DNA of 64,000 nucleotides. Origin: a virus (Duplodnaviria; Heunggongvirae; Uroviricota; Caudoviricetes; Herelleviridae). Shown here piece by piece: positions 46,635 to 54,468 of this stretch (positions are counted from its first letter, which is position 1; each line of letters opens with the position of its first letter). The DNA is taken from the IMG/VR virus record IMGVR_UViG_2974580128_000001, one strand, 5' to 3'. The position numbers were made by a program, and so were the translations under genes. The notes beneath the pieces were generated by a model, which worked only from the letters and a program-made list of their open reading frames with translations, was not told the DNA's origin and searched no databases.

Positions 46635-46789
46635 CTTGTGTACCTGTCATCTTCCGATTACACACACCTAGTCTAGTTACCGTACCAATAGATTTGACAG
46701 GAATCTAGGGTAACGCCCAATATGGTGTTAATTTACCTTGTATTCTGTTACAGGTTTGCAACCCTGAACAAGGATGACCAATCCTAATG

Positions 46790-46859
46790 ATATGCGAGGG
46801 GATTTGAACCCCTATCTACTTCATAGGTCACTTTATCCACTTAAGCTACGCATACCTAT
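46790..46859 (-). tRNA. tRNA-like gene, anticodon undetermined (short D/anticodon region)
   Basis: acceptor GTATGCG/CGCATAT and T-arm AGGGGTTCAAATCCCCT are clear; body is ~6 nt shorter than canonical. Confidence 0.35.
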
Positions 46860-46912
46860 TTAATTTCTAGCTAGGTAACTAAATTCACTGCACCTTGCGC
46901 AGAGTACAGCTA

Positions 46913-46985
46913 TGGAGCATAGCGGACTTGAACCGCTGACATCTACCTTGCAAGGGTAGCGCTCTCCCAACTGAGCTAATGCCTC
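46913..46985 (-). tRNA. tRNA-Ala(TGC) with G3:U70
   Basis: D-arm GCTCAGTTGGGAGAGC, anticodon loop CTTGCAA, T-arm AGCGGTTCAAGTCCGCT, G3-U70 wobble in acceptor. Confidence 0.75.
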
Positions 46986-46993
46986 GTATAAAA

Positions 46994-47066
46994 CACCTCC
47001 GCTGAGATTCGAACTCAGAATGCGGGATTAGAAATCCTGTGGTTTATCCAATTAGCCTACGGAGAT
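46994..47066 (-). tRNA. tRNA-Arg(TCT)
   Basis: anticodon loop TTTCTAA, T-arm CTGAGTTCGAATCTCAG; acceptor with one mismatch. Confidence 0.55.
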
Positions 47067-47265
47067 ATACTTACTTAAACGGAAGATAAATTGTTTGACC
47101 AATTCTAAGTTTATTAGGGTCTTTAATACTTCTATTCTGACCATGCAACCTAATTAGTCTCCATAACCAAGGCTTGCCATAATATTTTCTAGCAATAGAA
47201 TACATTGTGTCACCTTTTTCAACTGTGTATCTCATAACAATTACCCTCCTAAGTTATAAATATGG

Positions 47266-47634
47266 CTATATATAGGATACTCCTGTAAACAATTCAATTG
47301 CTTCAATTTCAGTATGGAAGTTTTCCCATTCTAAACATTCATAGAAATCTTGTAAGATATGCTTGTCTTTCCTGTAAACAGTCTCACCTTTATGGGCTTT
47401 CTCACAGATTTCTCTAACAGCATCCACATTATACTTACCACCAGTTTTATACTGCTCTAAACCAGAATTTAATAAAGCTCGTTGTACTTCTTCACTTTTA
47501 TCCCCTGCTTTCCAAGAGTCAAAAGCTTTATCATACAATGTATCTTCCATGTGTTCACCTTCTACTTCCATGATTGATTGAATAAATCTTTGCCACTTAG
47601 AAGGCTCCTTGTGTTTAACTTTACGAAAACTCAT
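47266..47634 (-). CDS. hypothetical protein inside the tRNA array
   Basis: 122-aa ORF, RBS ggaggctaatc. Confidence 0.5.
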   Translation of the reverse strand: MSFRKVKHKEPSKWQRFIQSIMEVEGEHMEDTLYDKAFDSWKAGDKSEEVQRALLNSGLEQYKTGGKYNVDAVREICEKAHKGETVYRKDKHILQDFYECLEWENFHTEIEAIELFTGVSYI

Positions 47635-47659
47635 GATTAGCCTCCATTATCTTTAATGA

Positions 47660-47747
47660 ACCGAGGAGGAGGGACTCGAACCCCCAAACGCTTTTACACG
47701 TCTATGACTTTTCAAGAGTCAATTTTTTCCAGTTATGATACTCCTCG
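47660..47747 (-). tRNA. tRNA-Ser(TGA), type II
   Basis: acceptor CGAGGAG/CTCCTCG, anticodon stem TGACT/AGTCA with loop CTTGAAA, long variable arm ACGTGTAAAAGCGT. Confidence 0.7.
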
Positions 47748-47858
47748 AAAAAGAAATTGATTGACTAGTACTGTTAGTTGACTAGCCAACCGGAACTACT
47801 TAAACCGAACTCTTTAAACAGCTTTAGTAGTTATTATTTAGGTTTTTAGATAAACAAC

Positions 47859-48119
47859 TTACCAAAACCAAACTAGATTTAATGCTAGTCGTTTACTAAT
47901 AATAGGTGATTTTCTATGTCTAACCGATTTAAACTTGCGTACATTCCCCTTATATGGTGTAAAGTCAATCTTACAGGGTTCAACATAATTAAATTTACGG
48001 TTAGCTCGTTTAATTACTGCTTGCTTTTGTTTAGAAGCTTTAATTTCTTTTTCAAATGCTTCTTTTTCAATGTTGTTAGCTATAGTTGCTAAATGTTCAG
48101 TCATAAAGCTCATATCCAT
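47859..48119 (-). CDS. hypothetical protein inside the tRNA array
   Basis: 86-aa ORF, RBS aaggagagatgg. Confidence 0.45.
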   Translation of the reverse strand: MDMSFMTEHLATIANNIEKEAFEKEIKASKQKQAVIKRANRKFNYVEPCKIDFTPYKGNVRKFKSVRHRKSPIISKRLALNLVWFW

Positions 48120-48137
48120 CTCTCCTTACATGTTCTA

Positions 48138-48224
48138 TGGAAGGCATGGGATTCGAACCCACACATGCTGTTACACATCTACTTGGTTTCCAACCAAGCC
48201 TCTTTACCGTTTGAGTAACCTTCC
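48138..48224 (-). tRNA. tRNA-Ser(GGA), type II
   Basis: acceptor GGAAGGT/GCCTTCC, anticodon stem CTTGG/CCAAG with loop TTGGAAA, long variable arm, T-arm GTGGGTTCGAATCCCAT. Confidence 0.75.
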
Positions 48225-48318
48225 GTCTCGGGAGCAGGCGTGTTTGTCCAAAGGGGACAATACATAATCTTCTGTGCATATTGTTCCCTAGGCTTTATGC
48301 ACACCCGTTATCTGCATA

Positions 48319-48504
48319 CTAACAGACCCGCCAATTTTCTAACACTTTTTCTAATGCTTCGTACGGACACATTACTGTCTTACCGTGAACACCATGTATT
48401 CTCAAAATAATATAATGTTCATTTATCTCGGAGGTAACAAAGTATATCTTATCCTTCACTAAACCTAAACTTCCGTTTAAACCAATGAATTTTAAATACA
48501 TCAT
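48319..48504 (-). CDS. small hypothetical protein
   Basis: 61-aa ORF, RBS ggaggtaac. Confidence 0.4.
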   Translation of the reverse strand: MMYLKFIGLNGSLGLVKDKIYFVTSEINEHYIILRIHGVHGKTVMCPYEALEKVLENWRVC

Positions 48505-48786
48505 GTTACCTCCTAACTATGTATAACCCATAAAGCATCATGGGGGGACTGTAGTATGCCCAACCTGCGGGGATGCTCCGCTCTGAATCCGTAGAAATCA
48601 GCCACAATTCGATATTTATTTAGTGAAAAAATTAGTTAAGATTCGACTGCTTGACAAAGGCAGTCTATGTCACTGGCAAGGATTTGCACCTTGCAGTCGG
48701 GAACGAGCCGTCGCCTATCTATCCCTCAAATAAGCTCCAAATACCCTACGTTTTTAGTATTGGCTACTTATACGTCTACCTATTCC

Positions 48787-48812
48787 GCCACAGTGACTAT
48801 GGAGCTGACGGG
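48787..48812 (-). ncRNA. tRNA/tmRNA-like 3' fragment (GGGTTCAATTCCCGTCAGCTCCA)
   Basis: minus-strand sequence resembles the T-arm plus 3' acceptor strand of tmRNA (..GGGUUCAAcUCCCGcCAGCUCCAcca) but no partner 5' acceptor strand within 100 nt; lies 70 nt from the GIY-YIG gene. Confidence 0.3.
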
Positions 48813-48878
48813 AATTGAACCCTACAACTCCACTTGTGCTATATTGTAAGTATAACATATAAAAAGGAGACTTACAAC

Positions 48879-49601
48879 ATGACACAAGGAATTTACTTAA
48901 TTACAAATATTGTTAACAATAGACACTACGTAGGACAATCAAAAGATATTGAACGTAGGTGGAACGAACACAGACATAGTACTTTTAATACTAATGCTAC
49001 TGATTACGAAACTCCCCTACACCGTGCATTTAGAAAACACGGAATGGAAAACTTCATATTTGAAATCCTAGAAGTTGTACCGAACCATTCGGAACTTAAT
49101 TCTATCGAGAACAAGTATATTGCAAAGTATAACTCTATTGGTAATGGTTACAACCAGATAATCACTTCACGCAATGGTCTTTCAAAAGAAGAAATTAATA
49201 AGAAACGTGAATTAAAATATGGTGTAACTAGAGACAAGCTTTACAATCAGCTAATGCTTGATTCTTTTAGTAAAGTCGCTAGCTACTATGGTGTATCCTC
49301 AAACGCTATTAAAAAATGGTGTAAAGACTATGACCTACCTACATCTGCTAAAGCTTATGACAATCCCGAAAAGTCTAAAAGATATAGTGAACTTATGAGA
49401 AAGTTAGCTACAGAGTCATCAACCAAAAAGAAACGAATAGCTATGATTGATAAGGACACCTCTGTTGTTATAAAAGAATTTGATTCTGTTAGAGAAGCCT
49501 CAGAATACATCGGAACTTCTACTAGTAATATAACAAGAGCAGTACATGGTTATGAGGGCAGAACCACTTCATGTGGCTACCGTTGGTCATATATAAAATA
49601 A
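48879..49601 (+). CDS. GIY-YIG homing endonuclease (free-standing, opposite strand to the tRNA array)
   Basis: N-terminal GIYLITN...YVGQS (GIY-YIG motif), conserved R and E downstream, C-terminal basic DNA-binding region; ATG 48879 after RBS aaggag. Confidence 0.75.
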   Translation: MTQGIYLITNIVNNRHYVGQSKDIERRWNEHRHSTFNTNATDYETPLHRAFRKHGMENFIFEILEVVPNHSELNSIENKYIAKYNSIGNGYNQIITSRNGLSKEEINKKRELKYGVTRDKLYNQLMLDSFSKVASYYGVSSNAIKKWCKDYDLPTSAKAYDNPEKSKRYSELMRKLATESSTKKKRIAMIDKDTSVVIKEFDSVREASEYIGTSTSNITRAVHGYEGRTTSCGYRWSYIK

Positions 49602-49603
49602 CA

Positions 49604-49680
49604 AAATGGAACTGAGGGGAATCGAACCCCTGTGTTGACGTAGAACCATACAAAATTCTACGGGCGTAGTTACTAGTTTT
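49604..49680 (-). ncRNA. tRNA-like 3' fragment (T-arm AGGGGTTCGATTCCCCT plus CAGTTCCA) with no identifiable 5' half
   Basis: clear T-arm and acceptor-like 3' strand; upstream is a 6-bp stem CGTAGA/TCTACG with a 12-nt loop instead of canonical anticodon/D arms. Confidence 0.3.
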
Positions 49681-50186
49681 AATCTACATTAAGGCTACAA
49701 CTAATAACTGAAATTACCTTAACTGAGTGGTAAAGCCTCTCCTGAGTTATCCACTTTTACCTCAGCGTTGTCGGTTAATGAATCCTCTAGGTAGAACCGA
49801 CCCTAATCTAGAGGGGTAAGTGTGTAGCTAGTCTAAAACTAGGCTACAGCTAGTAATTCTTCGTTTTTAGCAGTTATATTTACTGCGATGATTAAGTCAT
49901 CACTCTGCCCGCTATTCATATACTTCTTACGCCAGTCGAAACCAAAACAGCCCCAACATAAGAATTTCTTTTGACTAACCCTACCCTTCCGGCAGGGTCT
50001 AATCAAAAGTATACAATTAAAAAATGAAAATGAGTTACGGAAAATGTAACGTCTCCACCACCGGACTATAAGGGTAAGTTGTTCCGGTCTTTAACCTAAG
50101 TACTTTACTTAAATCTAACAGGACAGTCTTCATTACGTAAACTACTTAACCATGTAAAACGTAAAGGTCAATTTCCGTTGACCTAA

Positions 50187-50272
50187 TACAAGAGGAGGGA
50201 TTCGAACCCTCACGCCTATCACAGGCATGGCATTCTAAGTGCCACATGTCTACCAATTCCAACACTCTCGCA
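50187..50272 (-). tRNA. tRNA-Leu(TAG), type II
   Basis: anticodon stem TGGCA/TGCCA with loop CTTAGAA, long variable arm GCCTGTGATAGGC, T-arm GAGGGTTCGAATCCCTC. Confidence 0.7.
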
Positions 50273-50448
50273 TAATCACTTTTTAAACTAGATTACTTAT
50301 GGTTTCTCACTTCTGAAAAAATACCACTTTATATATCAACATTTTTCTTATGAATGGGTTAAGATATGTTTTAACGAAAAAGAGGCTAAAAGAGTATTTC
50401 CTCAAAATTTTCGGTCAAGTTAATCTAGTAAGGAAAAGTGTAACCTTA

Positions 50449-50520
50449 TGTGACTGCTCAGAATCGAACTGAGATTCATGTTTCCACAGAACACTGCCTT
50501 ACCATTAGGCTACAGTCACC
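50449..50520 (-). tRNA. tRNA-His(GTG) with encoded G-1
   Basis: acceptor GTGACTG/CAGTCAC preceded by extra G, D-arm GCCTAATGGTAAGGC, anticodon loop CTGTGGA. Confidence 0.7.
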
Positions 50521-50591
50521 ATCATGTGTTCCTTACAAGAATTACTATACAGCATCTTGTAAGGAAAGTCAACACTTACATATAAATTTAT

Positions 50592-50813
50592 TTAAAAAAG
50601 TTTTGATGAATCTAATTGAGAGAAACTTTCGGGTAGAGAACCTAGCTCTTCCATGTACTCTTGGTCAATCTCGTAAACAGTTAACTCCGTTACTTCATTT
50701 TCAATGGTAAGTTTCATTGCTTCTGCTGTTTGTATACTGTGTCCTTCTACTTGAAGCTTATCATCAAGATAAATGCCTTCCCAGTCTCCTGCAACTACAT
50801 AATCTGCTTTCAA
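50592..50813 (-). CDS. hypothetical acidic protein
   Basis: 73-aa ORF. Confidence 0.45.
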   Translation of the reverse strand: MKADYVVAGDWEGIYLDDKLQVEGHSIQTAEAMKLTIENEVTELTVYEIDQEYMEELGSLPESFSQLDSSKLF

Positions 50814-50821
50814 GATATTAC

Positions 50822-51073
50822 CTACTTTCTCCTCAATTTCTGATAAAAATTATTATCCTTGTAATCTTCCTCGTGGGCATAAAATTTTTTCATATCATAT
50901 GTCCAACAAGTTTCTTCTAATCGTTTATGATGTGTCAATGTTACTTCATCATCAAAACGACCTTGATTTAATTTATGCCTGTAATTTCTGTTAACCATTC
51001 TTTTTATGTCTCGAACAGTTGAATCCTTCATACAAACATAACGGTAATAGGGTTTTCTGTAACTTCTACTCAT
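50822..51073 (-). CDS. hypothetical basic protein
   Basis: 83-aa ORF, RBS aaggaggac. Confidence 0.5.
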   Translation of the reverse strand: MSRSYRKPYYRYVCMKDSTVRDIKRMVNRNYRHKLNQGRFDDEVTLTHHKRLEETCWTYDMKKFYAHEEDYKDNNFYQKLRRK

Positions 51074-51129
51074 TGTAAGTCCTCCTTAATAGGTACTTAC
51101 AATTTATTTAACCTTTTTTTCATTTTTTA

Positions 51130-51372
51130 TAGCCCTCTTTCGAACAGACGTCTTAAAGTCTTACCCTCATTATTTAAAACATATACCGAGTTAACATAAG
51201 CCTTTGTCTCTCCTTTGTTGTCAACTCTATATTCATAGGGTTCATTTGGAACACGGGTAATCTCTTCATGTTTAGAATTAAGTAAAGAAAAAGCATTTTC
51301 TTGTTCTAAAAGAAATTGTACCCCATCAATAAGTTCGATAAAAGGTTTAGACGTAAACTAACGACAGGTCAT
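51130..51372 (-). CDS. candidate ORF with in-frame TAG at codon 5 (ATG ACC TGT CGT TAG + 76 sense codons)
   Basis: 76-codon open frame with no ATG/GTG/TTG start other than the ATG located 4 codons upstream of an in-frame TAG; could be a pseudogene or evidence of amber read-through. Confidence 0.25.
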
Positions 51373-51392
51373 AGTTTTCCAATTAAGGCAAA

Positions 51393-51466
51393 TACCAGTG
51401 AGAGGATTTGAACCTCTGACACCCGCCTTATCAAGACGATGCTCTAACCAACTGAGCTACACTGGT
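51393..51466 (-). tRNA. tRNA-Ile(GAT)
   Basis: D-arm GCTCAGTTGGTTAGAGC, anticodon loop TTGATAA, T-arm AGAGGTTCAAATCCTCT. Confidence 0.75.
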
Positions 51467-51619
51467 GTGACCCATGTGTCAGGACTTTCACCTGTTCTCG
51501 GGGTGCCCCGCCTCTCTACTAATCTCCTCATTCGGTGCCCCTAATAGAGTGACTAGAGATAGTTAGCAGTAAAAATTATATATCATGAATCAAATTTTTA
51601 CTGCATCCTATATACACGA

Positions 51620-51691
51620 TACCGTCTACAGGATTTGAACCTGTGACATCCACCTTGTAAGGGTGGCGTTCTCCCACTGAACTAAGACGGT
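51620..51691 (-). tRNA. tRNA-Val(TAC)
   Basis: D-arm GTTCAGTGGGAGAAC, anticodon stem CCACC/GGTGG with loop CTTACAA, T-arm ACAGGTTCAAATCCTGT. Confidence 0.75.
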
Positions 51692-51698
51692 GAAAAAT

Positions 51699-51793
51699 AC
51701 GGAAGACAGGATTTGAACCTGCGATATAGGAGTTTTAGTGCACTCATTGTCTCCCACGGTATCCGTTGCGTATTGCCATCACGCCACTCCCGT
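51699..51793 (-). tRNA. tRNA-like gene, unassigned (possible type II)
   Basis: T-arm GCAGGTTCAAATCCTGT and 3' acceptor CTTCCGT are clear; candidate 5' acceptor ACGGGAG lies 95 nt away; anticodon arm not resolved. Confidence 0.3.
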
Positions 51794-51800
51794 ATGCTAA

Positions 51801-51873
51801 CCGACAGTAAAGGAATCGAACCTCTATCACTAGATTCGTAGTCTAGCATCCTATCCAATTGAACGAACTGTCG
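51801..51873 (-). tRNA. tRNA-Arg(ACG)
   Basis: perfect acceptor CGACAGT/ACTGTCG, anticodon stem CTAGA/TCTAG with loop CTACGAA. Confidence 0.7.
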
Positions 51874-51975
51874 CTATAGGCTAGCAATTACGCAGACTGA
51901 CTATAGGCACCTTCGTCCCGTCACCTGTAAGTGCCATCCTACAGGTTGTCCGTGGCACCGCAATGTACTAACCGA

Positions 51976-52049
51976 TGTCCCCACAGGGATTTGAACCCCG
52001 AACCCCCCGATTAAAAGTCGGGTGCTCTAGCCGATTGAGCTATGAAGAC
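51976..52049 (-). tRNA. tRNA-Lys(TTT)
   Basis: D-arm GCTCAATCGGCTAGAGC, anticodon stem CCCGA/TCGGG with loop CTTTTAA, T-arm CGGGGTTCAAATCCCTG. Confidence 0.75.
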
Positions 52050-52099
52050 AGTTGTGTTTTTCAAGATAACCCTCTTGAAAAACCGTTACTAATAGAAAA

Positions 52100-52175
52100 A
52101 CTAAGGGTCTCGACTGACAGATTTGAACTGTCTGCTCCTCCTAAGAGGCGTGTTACCAAAGCCATACACCAACTC
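52100..52175 (-). tRNA. tRNA-like gene, unassigned (non-canonical anticodon region)
   Basis: T-arm GACAGTTCAAATCTGTC and a 5-of-7 acceptor; central region has only a CCTC/GAGG stem with a 4-nt loop. Confidence 0.3.
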
Positions 52176-52183
52176 TTCGAGAA

Positions 52184-52257
52184 TATCCCCTACAGGATTC
52201 GAACCTGTGACCCCCTGATTAAGAGTCAGGTGCTACCACCAACTGAGCTAAGGAGAT
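52184..52257 (-). tRNA. tRNA-Lys(CTT) candidate
   Basis: acceptor ATCTCCT/AGGGGAT (one G-U), D-arm GCTCAGTTGGTGGTAGC, anticodon stem CCTGA/TCAGG with loop CTCTTAA, T-arm ACAGGTTCGAATCCTGT. Confidence 0.55.
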
Positions 52258-52272
52258 AAGATTACCAATAGC

Positions 52273-52346
52273 TAGTTAAGCCTTACGGAATCGAACCGCC
52301 ATGAGGTTATGAAGCTCACATAGACCACTAGACACAAAACTAGCTT
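52273..52346 (-). tRNA. tRNA-like gene with CAT anticodon loop (TTCATAA) and atypical T-arm/acceptor junction
   Basis: perfect 7-bp acceptor GCTAGTT/AACTAGC; T-loop TTCGATT present but 5 extra nt between T-stem and acceptor. Confidence 0.3.
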
Positions 52347-52449
52347 ATTGATAAAATTCTATATAGATAATTGTATGCAATGTTCGCACTAACTAACCAG
52401 ATAACCAGTCAATCATTCAAAACATTAATTTGTGAGTTTCCGCTCACAA

Positions 52450-52521
52450 TGCTGATTGAGAGAATCGAACTCCCATTCCCGGGTTACAAAGCCGGAGTAA
52501 TAGCCGTTATACTAAATCAGC
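52450..52521 (-). tRNA. tRNA-Thr(TGT)
   Basis: perfect acceptor GCTGATT/AATCAGC, anticodon loop TTTGTAA (C-C mismatch closing pair), T-arm GGGAGTTCGATTCTCTC. Confidence 0.6.
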
Positions 52522-52560
52522 GTAACCCCTCAATAGAGGGGAATTATTATACTAAGTTAC

Positions 52561-52858
52561 CATACCCGTAGGTATTTGTTTGAGCTTGTTTAAACATAAT
52601 GCTCTTGATAGTTAAGTCGTTGTACTTTTCATCGTCTTCATCATCAAGGTACACATCAACGTTAACGTTCTTACCGGAAATACCGATTGTTTCGTCTTTA
52701 CCAACTGTTAAGTCTTTACTGTTGAAGGATACATCAAAGTAAATGCTATCTTCTTTTGTACGACTACCGAACGAAACTCTGTCACCGAATAAATCTAAGC
52801 TTCGAGAGTTGATTACAACAGGTTGTAACCCACCTTCAAATTGAATAGTTACTGTGTA
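52561..52858 (-). other. 100-codon open coding-like frame directly in frame after the TAG stop of the AAA ATPase gene (possible read-through extension or pseudogene fragment)
   Basis: ...ENQ TAG YTVTIQFEGGLQPVVINSRSLDLFGDRVSFGSRTKEDSIYFDVSFNSKDLTVGK... TAA; no plausible start codon in the first ~85 codons. Confidence 0.35.
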
Positions 52859-53638
52859 CTATTGATTTTCAATATTAAGGATGTTTAAGTCAGCAATAGC
52901 TTCACCAAATGGGATACCAAAGCTTAATTCCAATGCAATTGCTCGTAAGCAGTCATAGTTTAACTTAATTCTACGGCTAAACTTAACAACACTGTCAATT
53001 TCACCATAGTAAGCTTCGTCTAACTTATCTTGCAAGTAAGTGCGAATTTCATCTGCATCAGGATATTCGAAACGTAAATGATAATGGAAACGTCCCGGAC
53101 GGTTAAGCATAAAGTCATTTACACGACTTAAGCTATTAACAGTAAGAGCGTAGATACGTTTACGTTGTGATAAACCATCGAATAAGCTCAATAGTTTTTC
53201 TTGTGGTTCACGACCGTCACGGTCATTGAATACTTTTTCAAATTCATCGAACAGGATAAGAGACTCTTGGTCAATACTGTCAATAAATTCTGCAATCCCC
53301 GGATAAGCTTCTGTAATTAAGATAACAGGCATATCCTCTTCAATAGCTCGTTGAGATAAGATTTGAGTAAATAGTGATTTACCAATCCCTTTGTCTCCAC
53401 TTAAAATGATTCCTAAGCTACGATTAATTGTTTTAAATGTGTGTAGCACTTTTTCAATTTTAGCTAAACGGTCACCGTAAACTTTAGGTTCTTTCAATTC
53501 AAAATCGTCTGTTACTACTAGTGAGAACCCAGACATTGGATTGAATCGGACTTTATAAGTTTGCGCAGGCAACTTATCATAAGTTTTAAGGTCGTTTGCA
53601 TAAATTTCATAGTTACTACCATAGTTGATTACTTTCAT
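52859..53638 (-). CDS. AAA-family ATPase
   Basis: Walker A GDKGIGKS and Walker B LILFDEFEK; ATG 53638 after RBS aagggga; the ORF-track N-terminus would overlap tRNA-Phe. Confidence 0.7.
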   Translation of the reverse strand: MKVINYGSNYEIYANDLKTYDKLPAQTYKVRFNPMSGFSLVVTDDFELKEPKVYGDRLAKIEKVLHTFKTINRSLGIILSGDKGIGKSLFTQILSQRAIEEDMPVILITEAYPGIAEFIDSIDQESLILFDEFEKVFNDRDGREPQEKLLSLFDGLSQRKRIYALTVNSLSRVNDFMLNRPGRFHYHLRFEYPDADEIRTYLQDKLDEAYYGEIDSVVKFSRRIKLNYDCLRAIALELSFGIPFGEAIADLNILNIENQ

Positions 53639-53677
53639 AAATATTCCCCTTATTCGTGTTTTATTAGCATTTGCTAA

Positions 53678-53751
53678 TGGAGAGGGGTGGAATTGAACCA
53701 CCGACCCCTAGGGTTTCAATCTAGTGCTCTAACCTACTGAGCTACCTCTCC
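53678..53751 (-). tRNA. tRNA-Phe(GAA)
   Basis: perfect acceptor GGAGAGG/CCTCTCC, D-arm GCTCAGTAGGTTAGAGC, anticodon loop TTGAAAC, T-arm GGTGGTTCAATTCCACC. Confidence 0.7.
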
Positions 53752-53873
53752 GTGTCAATTTGGACTTATCCCCCACGTGGTTACTAAGATAAGTCCTATG
53801 CCTTTGAAGTGTGGATACTCAAAAAATGAGTACAGGTACTAAAAATCTGATGACAAGTCAGATTTATGTCATA

Positions 53874-53947
53874 AGCAGAAGGTGAGATTCGAACTCACGT
53901 TCAGGGGTTTGCAATCCCTAGCCTTAACCCACTTGGCTACTCCCGCA
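53874..53947 (-). tRNA. tRNA-Cys(GCA)
   Basis: anticodon stem AGGGA/CCCCT with loop TTGCAAA, T-arm GTGAGTTCGAATCTCAC. Confidence 0.6.
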
Positions 53948-54186
53948 TTGGCATCCCTCTAGGTTTTTATCTGCATCGGGACTCACATAAACTGATAAGT
54001 GAAAACAGGGCACTAGTCTGCTTTACACCTGCGCTATCAGAACCTAGACTCGGCAACACTGCCTTAGATGACTTTAATCTTGTAAACACGTCACATTCTT
54101 CAACAATTACCAGTAGAGTGCTACATACCAGTAATTCGTTCCTGTGAAGGATAGTACACTATAACTATCACCGCTGTCCAAGAATA

Positions 54187-54258
54187 CACGCCGTGAAGGA
54201 TTCGAACCCCCGTCTTCCGGGTTGGAGCCGGAAATGATAGCCACTACACCAACAGCGC
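54187..54258 (-). tRNA. tRNA-Trp(CCA)
   Basis: anticodon stem TCCGG/CCGGA with loop CTCCAAC, T-arm GGGGGTTCGAATCCTTC. Confidence 0.7.
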
Positions 54259-54468
54259 AAGATTCGGAGGGGAGGGACTAGCAACCCTCCGAAAAATGTA
54301 AGATAATGAGAGATTAAAACATGCCACTATTAAAAGTGGAATAGGTAATTAAGGATTCGAACCTTACAAGCCCTTACTGCTTACCTTGTAAACTTATAGT
54401 ATCATGTGTTGTACCGAAAGTCAACACTTTTTATAAAAATAATAGGGAGAAATATTTCTCCCTAAAAA

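Noticed and set aside
48070-48279. ORFs 48070..48267(+) and 48097..48279(-)
   Set aside because: Both are superimposed on tRNA-Ser(GGA) at 48138-48224; no independent coding evidence
51975-52259. 94-aa plus-strand ORF (MSPQGFEPRTPRLKV...)
   Set aside because: Lies entirely across the minus-strand tRNA-Lys(TTT), the unassigned tRNA-like gene and tRNA-Lys(CTT); its peptide is just the translation of tRNA sequence (GFEPRTP = GGTTCGAACC-type T-arms)
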